DNA of 64,000 nucleotides from Azolla caroliniana (lineage: Eukaryota; Plantae; Polypodiophyta): NCBI GenBank assembly GCA_043228905.1, contig JBHGNT010000011.1, forward strand, positions 17,112,001-17,176,000, read 5' to 3'. Each line of letters starts with the position of its first letter. Positions within the stretch are counted from its first letter, which is position 1. A model generated the notes under the pieces. It had not been told where the DNA came from. It did not search any database and worked only from the letters and a program-made list of their open reading frames with translations. Shown here piece by piece: positions 13,611-25,911 of the stretch. A program made the position numbers and the translations under genes.

Positions 13611-14492
13611 TTGAAAGAGAGAATGGCCGTTGAGAATGGAAGCCAAATAGTCATAGAAAAATTGGACAAAAATAATTTCCCGGCGTGGAAATTCAGAATG
13701 ACAAATTTCCTGATGGGAAAAGGATACTGGGATTACATTGAAAAAAACCTAGAAGTGGCTCCAAAGATCGCTGAAGAAAATGCAACTGCTGCACAGATTA
13801 AAGCATTTAAGGAATGGAATCAAGGGGCAAGAAAGGTATTGCATTGGCTCTCACTTAACATCTCGAATTCGATGCTTGGACACATACAGGATGCTATGCT
13901 TCCAAAAGAATCTTGGGACAATTTAGTAAAATTGTTTGCAGTGAACACAAAGGCTAGAAAGCTTCAATTGAAGACTGAGCTAAATACCTTGGAAAAAGGT
14001 AAGATGTTAGTGAATGAGTATACTCTGAAAATAAAGAGCATATGTGAATCACTTGCTTCTATCAATGTGAAGGTAGAAGATGATGATAAGGTGGAAATAT
14101 GCTTAAGAGGTTTAGGACCTCAATATAAAAGCTTCAAAACATCTATTCTCACAAGGGATAGCATCCCAAGTTTTCTAGATCTGGTTTCAATGCTTGTAGT
14201 GGAAGAAAGAAATCAGATGGATGATGTAAATAAAGGAAACTCTGAGACTGAGGAGCAAGCCCTCTACAATAGTGCTGGAAAAGGCCGAGGAAGAGGCCAT
14301 GGAAGATTTGGTTCAACTAGAACCAACAACAATAGTTATCAAGGAAGAGGACAACAGGTTACAAGGGGAAGAAACAACATTAAAGGCAGGGGGAGCAATC
14401 GAGGTAGAGGTAACCAAACTTATTTGAATGATGATGGTTGTTGGTATTGTGGAAAACTAGGCCATACACAGGTTGAATGTTATAAAAAGTAA
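13611..14492 (+). pseudogene. gag: Copia Gag with zinc knuckle, ending at a premature stop
   Basis: IEKLDKNNFPAWKFRM, LRGLGPQY, CWYCGKLGHTQVEC. The first ATG is at 13623. Confidence 0.9.
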
Positions 14493-15360
14493 AATGATGA
14501 AACATGAGGGAACAGACAGAAAAATAATTATGCCTCAACTAGTGAAGACTATGATAAAGATGGTGCATTTGTGGTGCAACATGAAACAACAGCAATGGTT
14601 GAATGTTCACAAAGATGCAATGAAGAGTTTATGTGGTATGTAGATTCTGGGGCATCTAATCATATGACAGGACATGCAAACTGGTTTGAAAGTCTAAGAG
14701 AACCAGATATTCCTGGTTATAGGTGATAATACTACTCACCAAATAGAGCATGTAGGAGATATCCCATTGTGGGAAGAAAAAGGGAAAACAAAGTATATGT
14801 TGAATGTGATGCATGTTCCAAACCTTGCAAAAAATCTGATTTCTGTTGGACAAATAGTGGAGCAAGGAATGCAAGTTAAGTTTAAGCAAAGTGGATGCTT
14901 TATAGAGAAACAGGGAAAGCTTATTGCAAAAGGAAAACGACAAGGAAGGATGTTTGTGTTAGATGTGGATATGCCTAAAAATATTACAACCATGTTTGCA
15001 GAAGGAATGAGTGTAATCTCAGATATGGAAATGTGGCATAAAAGAATCGGTCACATAAGTATGCAAACCTTGAAAAATATGTTAAGGAAAAATGCAGTGG
15101 CTAGACTGCCTATGTGAAAAGACTGTGAGATGAGCAAAATATGTGAAGCATGCCAATATGGAAAGCAAAACAGGTTGCCTTTACCTCATGAAAGACATGT
15201 CAACAAAACTTTGTTGGATTTGGTACATACAAATGTATGGGGACCAACAAAAAATGCATAAATTAGAGGAGCGAAAAGGGTATAGATGTTATAACCCTTT
15301 CACAAAAAAGATTGTGGTAAGTCGGGATGTAATATTTGATGAGTTGGGCAGCTAGTACAA
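14493..15360 (+). pseudogene. pol: Copia protease, GAG-pre-integrase and truncated integrase
   Basis: WYVDSGASNHMTG (~14634), VPNLAKNLISVGQI, WHKRIGH, CEACQYGKQ. The sequence then jumps from WGP (~15240) to KGYRCYNP/SRDVIFDE, so the rve core is missing. Confidence 0.85.
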
Positions 15361-15650
15361 CTCAAAACAAAATGTAGAAACTGATAAAGAAAATGAAAAT
15401 GAAGACGTAGATAAATCTGAAAATGTAAGAGAGATAACCACAGAGATGGAAACAATGTTGGACAACAAAGTTCAACATCAATAGAATGCACAGGACCATC
15501 AAAAAACTCTGGTAGTAAATCTGATTCAAATGCATGGAGTGGAAAACATGAAGGACATAAAAAATATGATGATAAAAAGGGAAAACAGAAAATGTCAAAA
15601 TATGAAATGCTTGATGATGGATCTAGAAACATGGAAGATGTAGCTTCAGA

Positions 15651-16146
15651 TAACAATGGGCCCGATTTCGGCTTAAACCGAACCGAACCGTTAAACCATG
15701 GTTTAAAGGTTTATAAGTTCCAAAATAATTAAATGGTTTGGTTTGGTTTTAATTAATAATAAACGGTTCGGTTTCAGTTCGGTTTGGTTTTGAAACTAGG
15801 GTTTATAGGTTTATAGGTTTTTGGGCTATCTTTTTTAATCCATTAAATGTTTATGTAATTTAATGGTTTAATTAATGTTTTTCATTGGTTTAATTCACTT
15901 AACTTAATTGTTTATTTCATCTAATGGCTCAATTAATCTTATTTATTTATTTTAACATAAATGTGGTTAGGTTTAAATTTTTTATTAAATGGTTCGGTTT
16001 GGTTTTAACTTTTCCCTAAACGGTTTTGGTTTAAATGGTTTAGTTTACCTTTTTTTTAAATGGTTTGGTTTAAATGTTCGAATGTTCATAAAGGGTTTGG
16101 TTTGGTTTCAAGGCACCGAAACCGAACCAAACCGGGCCCATTGCTA
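15651..16146. mobile_element. hAT-type MITE nested in the Copia pol region
   Basis: Termini TAACAATGGGCCCG...CGGGCCCATTGCTA. Perfect 8-bp TSD GCTTCAGA at 15643-15650 and 16147-16154. Many AACCG/CGGTT subterminal motifs around an AT-rich core. Confidence 0.93.
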
Positions 16147-16410
16147 GCTTCAGATACATCATTGGATAATGAGCTTGGTATAAGAGCCTTGAAAATCCCT
16201 GGTATGGAAAAGGCAATGAAAGATGCAAATAAAAAACTGAGAAGATCAGATAGAGAAAAAAAAACAGTTGAAAGATTTAGTTATGATACATACATGGCTA
16301 TGCATTATGCATATATGTCTAAAGTGGTACAAATCCCTGATCCAAATAATTTTGATGAAGCAAAATCTGATAAGAAATGGGTGAATGCAATGTAAGAAGA
16401 AATAGATGCA

Positions 16411-17922
16411 TTGGTTGAAAACAGAACATGGGATTTGGTAAAGTTACCGAAAGGAAAAAATGTTGTGGGTTGCAAATGGGTCTACAAGACAAAGCATGAT
16501 TCCAATGGAAATGTTAGTAGACATAAAGCAAGACTTGTGGCAAAGGGATATGCCCAGATGCATGGAATTGATTATGATGAAACATTTGCACCGGTTGCAA
16601 AGATGGCAACATTGAGAACACTACTTGTTGTGAGTGCAACCAAAAGATGGGTTCTGCACCATATGGATGTAAAAAATAATTTTTTACATGGTAACTTAGA
16701 AGAAGAAGTGTATGTGTGTCAACCACCAAGTTTTGAAGATAAGAAGCATCCAGAATATGTATGTAGGTTGAAAAGGGCTCTTTATGGACTGAAACAAGCA
16801 CCGAGAGCATGGCATAAAGAACTTTCAGAATCTCTAAAAAAAATTGCTTTCAAAATGTCAAAGGTTGATCCATCACTGTATGTAAAGAATATGAATGATT
16901 GCATTGTTGTGATTTTGATTTATGTAGATGACTTAATCATTGGAGGTGATTCCATGGATGAAATAAGGAAGCTGGAAAAAAATCTGGAAATGCAATTTCA
17001 TATGAAAGATTTGGGAGAGTTGAGATACTTTCTTGGTATTGAGATGATCATATCTAAAAGTGGTATATATATGTTGCAAAAACAATATGCAACAACTATG
17101 TTGAAGAAGTATGGTATGCTTGGATGCAAACCTATTGGTGTACCATTAGATAAGAACTGCAAATTGAGGGCTGATTTGGGAGCCAAAATAGAAGATGTAA
17201 ACATGCACATGTCTATGGTGGGCAACCTCATATATTTGACCATAACAAGACTTGATTTGAGTTATGTTGTTGGATTAGTTAGCCAGTTTATGCAACAACC
17301 AACAAAGCCACATTTGGACTGCATAAGAAGAATTTTGAGGTATGTAAAAGCTACTCAAATTTATGGACTGTTTTACAGAGCTGATTTGGACATAAAGCTG
17401 GAAGGATATACAGATGTTGACTGGGCTGGAAGCCAAACTGACAGAAGATCCACAAGTGGATATATGTTTACATTGGGAAGTGCAGCTATTTCATGGAGTA
17501 GCAAGAAACGAGCTATTGTTGCACTATCAAGTACTAAAGCTGAATATAGAGGAGCTGCAATAGCTACTTGTGAAGAGGTATGGATCAGAAGATTGCTTGC
17601 TGATTTGGGAGAATATATAGATGGTGATGTCACTATTTGGTGTGACAATATGAGCAGCATTCAACTTGCAAAAAACCTAGTGTTCCATGGAAGAACAAAG
17701 CACATTGAAGTGCATTATCACTTTGTTAGAGAAAAAGTGATCGATGGAGAAGTGGATCCGCTGTATGTAAGTACAAATCAGCAAGTGGCTAATATTCTTA
17801 CGAAGGGATTGACCATGGAAAAACATACACAGTTTAGAGACATCATGGGAGTTATAACCATCGGCATGGTCGTTGAAAAGCATGAAGAAAAGAAGATTGA
17901 ACATTATCCCAAGAAAGGATAA
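16411..17922 (+). CDS. pol: Copia reverse transcriptase and RNase H (open segment of a disrupted pol)
   Basis: KARLVAKGY, HMDVKNNFLHG, LYGLKQAPRAW, IYVDDLII, SWSSKK, RTKHIEVHYHFVRE. Confidence 0.95.
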   Translation: MVENRTWDLVKLPKGKNVVGCKWVYKTKHDSNGNVSRHKARLVAKGYAQMHGIDYDETFAPVAKMATLRTLLVVSATKRWVLHHMDVKNNFLHGNLEEEVYVCQPPSFEDKKHPEYVCRLKRALYGLKQAPRAWHKELSESLKKIAFKMSKVDPSLYVKNMNDCIVVILIYVDDLIIGGDSMDEIRKLEKNLEMQFHMKDLGELRYFLGIEMIISKSGIYMLQKQYATTMLKKYGMLGCKPIGVPLDKNCKLRADLGAKIEDVNMHMSMVGNLIYLTITRLDLSYVVGLVSQFMQQPTKPHLDCIRRILRYVKATQIYGLFYRADLDIKLEGYTDVDWAGSQTDRRSTSGYMFTLGSAAISWSSKKRAIVALSSTKAEYRGAAIATCEEVWIRRLLADLGEYIDGDVTIWCDNMSSIQLAKNLVFHGRTKHIEVHYHFVREKVIDGEVDPLYVSTNQQVANILTKGLTMEKHTQFRDIMGVITIGMVVEKHEEKKIEHYPKKG

Positions 17923-18964
17923 GTTGAGCTTGAGGGAGAGTGTTGAGAAGCAAGCTCAACAAAGGTATGTGATGCTTATTGAGAAATAAGCTATAGTAAC
18001 TATTAGCTAATTAGCTACTAGTGGACATAAAGGTGACACAACTATTTAGCTACTGACAGCTAATTAGTTGCATACGTAAGTGACTTATATACTTAGGTAA
18101 AACGTAAGTGTAGTAAATAGTAAGAGAGTAGTTGTAAGAACAAAAAACAGAAAACAGACAAGAGCGAGTTGAGCTCTGTGTGTAACGGAATAGAAGCTTT
18201 TGTTTTGCTACAGAGAGGTAAGTCTCCTTTCCCTTCCTTTCTGTCTTGAGCAATTAACGATCCAGCACATCACGATCCGTTGTGCACAAAGAAGAGTCGG
18301 AGCACCCTCGTAACAGTAACAACAAGTGATCCTATGCATGATTAGAAGAGATTTGGGTACGTTAGGTTAGTTGCTTGGATCCAAGCTACGTGGTCTTCGA
18401 CAAGGCCTTGCCTACCATCACCCACTATGTTGCCTTCATTGTTGAGTTAGTGTCCTCGTGGCACTTTGAGCCTCTTTCCTTGCCCGGCAAGTTAATTCCT
18501 CCTCTTTACCATCTCTTTGAGCGAGACAAACCCTAAACATGCTTAAGTAGAAAAAAATAAGAAAAGGAAGAAGAAGTTAAACTCTCATGAAGACGATGAA
18601 GAAGAAAACCCTCAAATCTCAAGTAGCCAAGGAGAAGAGAAAAAAACCTTGAATGTGAACAACAAGAAGCCTTAAAACCCCAAGTAGTGGAAGTGAGTGG
18701 AGTGGAGAAGATGAAGATTCAGAAAATCCCATAAGACCCTAATGGTGCACTCTCTAAACACAAAATGAGCGACTCAAAATAAGCCCTCTTCTCTTCCTTT
18801 TATAAAAAAAAGGAGCACCTAATTTCGACATTTAATGCTTTTATACACTTGGTTACACTTCTTGGATTTGATTAATTGCCCTAACCACTAGGTCATTTAA
18901 GATTACCTATTATATATATGTATCTTTTTGTAATATATATCTTTCTTTCATTGTGAGTGGCCCC

Positions 18965-19879
18965 CTATTTATCCACTTTCCACCTTTGACAAGAATTGAG
19001 GCTGCATCCGATTCATGTAAATACTCCCCAAAGCTGGTTTCATCGAAGTTGCTACTGATTGAAAGATCATGATCATGCTCATGCTCATGTTCGTTAGAAT
19101 CATCGCCTTCTTCCCTTCTTCACTTTAAGGTGGAGCTAATCTGAGACCTTTTGAATGATTAGAGCTTTTTAGGTTAACATGCCAATCTAAATGTGAGAGA
19201 GATTTGCGGCACGATTTGATGGAGGCATGGTTATTTTCGGGTGAGAAATCCCTGTTGTCGAAGAAATCTCTAATGTCTACCGCGCAGACTGAGACTTGTC
19301 CATGGCAAATGAAGAAGATGGGGTTCCCGGAGAGGCAAGGGGAGGCATGGATGTAGCAATTGCGGAAGATAGGCACGAGGATGGGGGCTCTGTGTAGGGC
19401 AAACAAGGTGACGCAGACCGCCTTCTCTGCTTCATGTGGCATGGGGGCCCATTGCATGAGCCAGAAGTGGCCATGGGCTACCTCATATGAAATGTTGACC
19501 AATGGAAGGTCTGCCATTGCTCTCAGCTGATTCACAATTCCTACTCTCTAGTCAGGGAAGCCACATGGGAACAACAATCTGCAATATGACCTTCAAATCA
19601 GGTGGGGAGGAGAAGGAGAGCCTTGCTTCTATCATCAAGATCTCCTCCTCTAGCAGGCCATGCCCCCACCTCACCTTGCATTTCCTCATGTGTTCCATCA
19701 CCGCAGCCACCAGAGGTGAGAAATATAATCATCTCGATCGCTCATGCAGACATGGTGCCACCGTTTTCGCGATGATGACTGGTCTTGATTCTAATGTTCT
19801 GTGCCCTCTCTGATAGTCTCTTGAGGCCGTGGCCAGAGCCCAGGCAGTGACGACAATCTGCAATGGTGTCGATAGTCAT
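18965..19879 (-). pseudogene. Pseudogene of a plant Knr4/Smi1-like domain protein (At3g50340/At5g67020-type family, recognised from memory)
   Basis: Across frames it reads GLKRLSERA...GLLEEEILMIEARLSFSSPPDLKVIL...GFPD*R...LRAMADLPLVNISYEVAHGHFW...APILVPIFRNCYIHASPCLSGNPIFF...DIRDFF. There is a TGA at 19742-19744, a TAG at the conserved Trp, and at least 2 frameshifts. No introns are evident. The 3' limit is approximate. Confidence 0.75.
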
Positions 19880-20061
19880 GGTTAATGATGGGTTAGGGTT
19901 GCTACTTACGACACTCTTCAGAGAGAAAAAGAGAGTAGAGGAGGGGGGAGGGAAGAATGAAGGGCGTTGCCCGCTGATGCAGGCTATGGCGAGATTTTCA
20001 TGGAGAGGAAGGGGAGATTGCTTGCCGGCATGAATGGAGGAGGGGGGCAAGGAAAGTGTTC

Positions 20062-20064
<3 letters not shown>

Positions 20065-20126
<62 letters not shown>
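20065..20126. repeat. (GA)n microsatellite
   Basis: Direct reading of the sequence. Confidence 0.95.
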
Positions 20127-20129
<3 letters not shown>

Positions 20130-20718
20130 TTATGTATTCCTCCAAATTGTTTTAACGTGTTGTTGTTTGAGACCTCAACAATGGGTTTTTTCTCAATATG
20201 TTCAAAATGGTTCAAATGATGAGATGGAGATATTGTTCCAATTTTTACGTTATTGGGGTCTACAACACTTTTGGAATATGCATAATGCTTTCATGTTTGA
20301 TATAGACATGGGGTGAAAGCCTATATAAAGAAGCTGAAAGGTATTCTCATGTGGAATTTTTGGAAGTTAGAGCATGTGGGAGTATTTCGTCAAATGCATA
20401 TTCTGGTTTTTTAATAGCATTACATAACATCCCTCTCCCTACATAGGCATATGATAGGTAGAGGAGACTAAGAAGTGTTGTAACTAAGTGGATTTTACAT
20501 ACAATTAATATAATTGTGGAGAAAGAAGAAAGAAAGATATATTAACGTCTTCTAAGGCCAAATTTGGCCCATGAGACAATTGGTTTACAACAAAAGAGTA
20601 TTTATCCAGCCATCATAACTAAAATAAAATTAAGTGAAAAATAGAACTTAAACTAAAAGAGTTCTAGTAGTGTACAATATGTAGTATACTCGAAAGTGAC
20701 TATACACTAAGCCTAATT

Positions 20719-23700
20719 TTATTTCCACCCAAGCCTCTCGAAAAGAAGTGGGGGGTCAAAGGGTCTTGATGTGGGTTCCAATGTAGAGAGTGCCCTAGCC
20801 ATGGCTTCTAGGCGGTGTAGCTCACGTTCCCTTATTTTCAATATTGCTTCCACATCACGTCGAGTTGCTTTGAAACCCGGCACCTGAGGACGTCTGGTTC
20901 TTCTCTGGTTTTCTACCTCATCAATGGAAAGGCCGAGTGGTGCAAGTGTGTCAGCATTCGTTGTCTCCTCATGTTCCTGAAAAACTTCATTTGTTACATG
21001 TTCGTGATCATTAGCAACATTATTGTCAACATTTTGTAACTTATTCTCTCTGTGTTGTTTTAGCTCTAGAATGTATTTGCCTAATTTCTTTATATCTAGA
21101 GTATCTAATAGTTTGGGGAGGGTGGGAGACGAACCAAGTATGTCTTGGTATTTTGCCCTTATCTCGGCATAGGTTGGACACTTGCATGTAAAGTGGTACT
21201 CATCCTCTATCTCTATGTGACATAACCTACATATCCTTTCCTCCCTAGGGACTCCACTAGTACGGCCATTCTCAATCTCAAGTTGGTGAGATGATATTCG
21301 AAGTTGTCCAATGGCAACCCTTAGTGCATGTGGTAAGAATACATCTAGATATTTTGGCCGCGTGATAAAACCTAACTCAGAGAAGTGCATGAAGTGTTTC
21401 TTATAGTACAACATTTTAGATGGGAGTGGCTCTAGTGGGGTGATCCATTTACACCGAGTGTAAATTTGCCATATTTCTTGGCGTATTACTTTATTGCGGT
21501 CCTCATGAGAGATTAAAGTATCATCACTCGTGTGGTTGTACCTAAGGGGAGGTAGGTTATTAATGTCTAGACCATTCGCAAGAAGCCAACTCACCATCAT
21601 GCCATACTATGAGCTAGTATAGCCGGACTCATACAATGATCGAGAGGCCTTAAAGGCTTGATGAGATATTCTATCATGTGGTTGGCTATGTATCCTGTGA
21701 ATGAAGACTACAAGTTGAAAAAGTGCCTCTACTAACATTGGGGGTAACGTGAACTCAGCCCTAATAATGTCATGTGGTACAATCGATTTGCTTCAGAGTT
21801 GGCGTGATAGCATCATCACCAATGGTCTCTCTAATTGCGTCCACATGAAAGATGGTAATCCCGGAGCCCAAACCGTTGATGCATACATGAGGGAGGGGGT
21901 CACTAATGAGTCAAAGAGCCATCCTTTAGTCCGTGGCTCTTGAAAGTGTGCTTGGTGGCATTGTCTCTCTAGGAGTGAGAGGGATGCATGTCCTCTCGTG
22001 AGTCTATCCTTCGCTGCCTGTGTCATCGAAAATTTACCTGAGCGGGCACTAAAAGTGACTCCGAGATAGACATATGATCCAACCACCTCGACTGGGCTAT
22101 GGGAGATAGTTAGGTGACACTTAGCTCTAACTTGGGCCGATGTGTGGAAGATAAGGACTTTCGTTTTCCCTAGATTCACTACCAATCCTCGTTGTACACA
22201 AAAGTCATCTAAGGCATTAAGGTGCCTTTGTAGGTCGTGTTCGGATTCAGAGAGCAAAACTATGTCATCCGCATAGAGCAAGATACGAACCTGCGTATCC
22301 CCAAGGACCACTCCGGTGCCTCCCTCACGAGCAATAAAATCTGTGATCTCATCAATGTAGATCCCAAAAAGCGTCGGTGATAGGGGGCAACCTTGTTTTA
22401 CACCAATAGTGCTAGTGAAACGATTAGATAGGCCACATGGGCATCAGACACACCCAGACACTTGTTCATATAGTGCGTAGATGGCCCATACCATATCATC
22501 TGGTATCCTCAAGCTTTTAAGTCTATCAAACAATCGCTCTCTAGGGACTGTGTCAAAGGCTTTGCGGAAGTTCACAAAACAACAATATAATTTCTTCTTG
22601 CGAGCCTTAGTTTGGTCAATTAGGCATCTAAGTGTGAAGATATGATCAATAGTGGAGAAGGCTCGTCTAAAGCCAGCTTGTTCAGGTGCACGAAGGTTTA
22701 GGGTCTCCATATAGTCGCTAAGCTCTACTTCCATTACTGCACCATATAACTTAGCAAGGGTATGGCCTATCATAATGGTCCTATATATATTTGGGTCCAT
22801 GGGGTCCCCCGCTTTATGTATGGGGGCCACTGTATTCATAGTCCACTGTGGTGGAAAACCCTCCGCAAGGGCACGATTGAAGATTAGAGTTAGCAAGGGA
22901 GCTAGGCACTCTCTCGCATATATAATGTGTTCTGCTCGCAATCCTGTGTGGTCCATGGACTTCCTATGTTGTAATTTCTTTATGACCTTCACGACCCTAG
23001 AGATCGTGAAAAGTGTCCCTGTGGTAGGCCGGGGTGTGGAAGGCATTGGAATGGGTGGTTGGTTTGGGATTTGGTAAAGTCTCTCTGTATATGTGTGCCA
23101 AGTTTCAGGATCTTCGATGGGTGTTTGTGGTCTTGGCTCCCGTAGTCTCTTCCATGCCGTGGCGCAATCGCTACTCATGAGCATATGGTAGAGTTCCCAG
23201 TATTGGGATGCCTCCCACGCTCGTCTCTTACGACGTGTCATCTTACGCATTTCTTTGCGAGCTTGTATGGAGGTAATACTACCATTGAGTTGCGATACTG
23301 TAAGTTGTCTATGTAAGTCCCTACAATCCTCGTCATACCATTTATTTTGTGGCATTGATCCTGATCTACCTTGATTTGAGTGTTTTGTATATGGGAAACT
23401 GCTAGCTGTTGCGGAGTGAAGGATGTGTGTGAGTTTTGTACTAAGGCTTTCTAACGGTAGGGAGGGATCAAGGGAGGGGAGATGTGCCTGAACATGTTGA
23501 GAGTATATGTCAGAGAGCTCATGTGTGAAATGTATTGTGGTGTGATGGCATGGTTGACTAGACTTGGTGACCTTAGAGATATCACATTTTAGCTCGAAGT
23601 ATAAGAAACTATGGTCTGCGCCAATAGGGCATGGGGCCACTCGGAAGGAGTTAATCATGTGGGTAGCTTCAGGGTGCCCTATTAGATAGTCAATTGTGCT

Positions 23701-23850
23701 TTCCCCTCCTCCATGTGGGAAACATGTGAGCTCTTCCGAGCCCGGCCACTTACCTAAACCATTATATATGACCATCCGGTGCCGACTGCCAAGTTCGAGC
23801 AGATGATGGCCAAAGCTCGTGGCGTCCGCACCTTGATCCTTTGATCTACG
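20719..23850 (-). pseudogene. LINE ORF2: C-terminal half of the endonuclease, RT and C-terminal zinc finger; in-frame stops
   Basis: [72 protein letters not shown]...ERICRLC...EDEYHF..C. Stops at 22444, 21793 and ~21608. Confidence 0.92.
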
Positions 23851-24640
23851 TGATCACTCGCCCGTCTCGGTAAAAGGCGCGATGGCCTTCTTTACGAGCT
23901 TGAATAACTCGTGGCATACAACTCTTGCAATGCTCAATTTGCATCTTAGTGAGGTCTTCATCGAGATAGATGGGGTCCCCATCCATTCCTCGAAGGATTG
24001 GTCTCTTCTTAAAGAAAGTGATTCTAGAGTCTAAGTCTTTAAATTGAAGGACTAAGGCTCTCTTCCTAGTTGTGTCACGCCCGGCCCTCCATGCTTTGGT
24101 GATAGGTAGGGCCTCTGTGTACCCTAACATTTTCCCAAGTGTTTGTGCGTCCTCATTTGGGGATGCACCTTCCTTGAGCCCAGTGACACGTACATTTAAG
24201 CGTCGGGCCTGACGCATTTTCTCTTCTTCAAGGGTGGTATTAACAATATTTTCATCTTTTATTTCTTTTTTAATGTTTCTTTTAACCACATCTACCCAAC
24301 CCGTTTTAGCTAACTCTATGTTATTATTAACTTCCTCTTTAACTTTTTTAATTTCGTCCTTTATATCCTCTATAGAGACCATTTCACCATCTTCTCGAGA
24401 TACCTCGATGTCCTTAAGTTGTTTTTTAAGGTCAATGTTTTCTACTTTAAGTTGTTCTATTTCAGCCTTGAGGGCGTCTTTTTCCTCTCTATCTTTTTTC
24501 TTGTGGGTTTCGGTGTCTTTCACCCATTTTTTCATATCCATCTCTATTTTTGTTAAACGATTAAACATATCTAAAAAGTCCTCTTTACTTATAGCCTCGT
24601 CTTGTATATCCTTATGTTCCTTAGTTCATTTAGACGTCAT
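23846..24640 (-). pseudogene. LINE ORF1 (coiled-coil plus RRM-like region)
   Basis: ORF 23846-24568 is extended by an in-frame ATG at 24640 with a TGA at codon 5. It contains a coiled-coil, then RRLNVRVTGLKE...RALVLQF...IYLDEDLT, typical of LINE ORF1. Confidence 0.8.
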
Positions 24641-25197
24641 TGTGGTGTCAATAAGAAAAAAAGGTAAAATAAATGGGTTCGAGACTTAGCCGAGTTTGTG
24701 TGTATGTCACAATCACATCGGCATTTTGTAGCACGTGACGAGCACACCAAAAGAACCCACCCACGAACTCGTCAAGAAAATGGCACTTCACAACGTCAAG
24801 AGAAAACGGAGAAGAAACACCCCGTGACGGCGACGGCGACGGCGGCAGTCGTCAAACGACAGCAGACGACGGCAACAGACGGCAGCAAATGGCAGAAGAC
24901 GACTGCAGAGAGAGAGAGAGAGAGAGAGATCATGTAAAGCTTCTTTCTTCAGGAGCACACATACACAAACTGACAAACACATAGAGAGGGAGAGATAAGT
25001 TTAGACTTCCTCTCAATGGGGTAGTGTGGAGATCTCCATCACAGGTTGGCTCTCCCACAAAGAGTTTATGCACAAATCACACTCTGTAACACAAAGACCA
25101 ACACACACAGAGGGAGGAGAGAGAGAGATTAGTGAGGGAGAGGGAGAGGGATAGACTTCTTCTCAAGGGAGGGTCGGTCGTTGAAGCATGCCAAAAG

Positions 25198-25685
25198 TGT
25201 TACCTGGTAGGGTAAACACGGCCTACCCTTAGTCCTTTGGGGTACGACTCAAGAAGATTATGGTGCAAGGAATGGAGAGCGTATACATGCTATTCACGAA
25301 TGGTTGTGAGGGTAGTGTGTAGAATGGCGTAAGCTTAGAGGAAAGAGACGTAGGAAGACGACTACAATTGACTTCCTCGCACGATGCGTAAGCTTTACAC
25401 AAAAACACTTACACACATAATCACGCACAGAGTATACGCAACAGCTGAGAGACAGAGTGATTCGAAGCAACAAAACTATATTTACAGACTACCAAAAATA
25501 CTGCGATAGTCTTTACAAGTTTCCCATGCCCTTTATATACAGAGTCATTGTCGGTTACGCTTGGAGTGTGAACCATTACAGGCGTTCATAACGCTATGGC
25601 CACATAACTATGCTACGACTGCTTTTGTCTCTACGCCTTCCTTTTCTTCCTCCTTTTCCCACTAGGCTGACTTAGGCGGACAACA
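25198..25685 (-). mobile_element. LTR-like unit, possibly the 5' LTR of a truncated element
   Basis: The minus strand starts TGTTGTCC and ends GGTAACA, followed by CTTTTGGCATG (weakly PBS-like). TATATAAA lies at ~25532-25539 on the minus strand. No TSD. Confidence 0.45.
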
Positions 25686-25911
25686 CCAGGGAAAAAAACA
25701 TTTTGTTTACTTTGTCACCTACTTGTGTCCATTTTGAAGCAGATGCTTGATATTGAAATTGTAAAATATTGTCCTCAATATTTCTTAATTCCCATTTCAC
25801 ATTATGTAAAGCATTTGTCGTCCATTCACACAATGTATCCCTTTCTTGAAAATGTTGCAACGATGTCAAGGCACGATGCATACTGATAATTTTTTGTGTA
25901 TATCTTTTCGA

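Larger units (their letters stand above)
13122..18315 (+). mobile_element. Ty1/Copia LTR retrotransposon, full length but decayed
   Basis: LTRs at 13122-13488 and 17941-18315 (TG...CA, ~93% identical by hand count). PBS TGGTATCAGAGC at 13489-13500, PPT TGAGGGAGAG at 17931-17940, TSD GTAAT/GTAAC. Domain order is gag, protease, integrase, RT, RNase H. Confidence 0.97.
12741..18463. mobile_element. Possible solo-LTR-like host repeat (12741-13121 plus 18316-18463) split by the Copia insertion
   Basis: Starts TGTGACACTACGAG and ends CTCGTGGCA, an imperfect inverted terminus. No clear TSD. Confidence 0.3.
20521..24907 (-). mobile_element. Non-LTR retrotransposon, RTEX-like clade, internally deleted
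   Basis: ORF1 followed by ORF2 (partial APE, RT, Cys/His tail). The 3' end is a (TTTC)-like repeat at ~20521-20536 and the 5' leader at 24690-24907 is GC-rich. No TSD found. Confidence 0.85.

Noticed and set aside
19967-20316. ORFs with ERERER tracts (also 43421-43828)
   Set aside because: They arise from (GA)n microsatellites.
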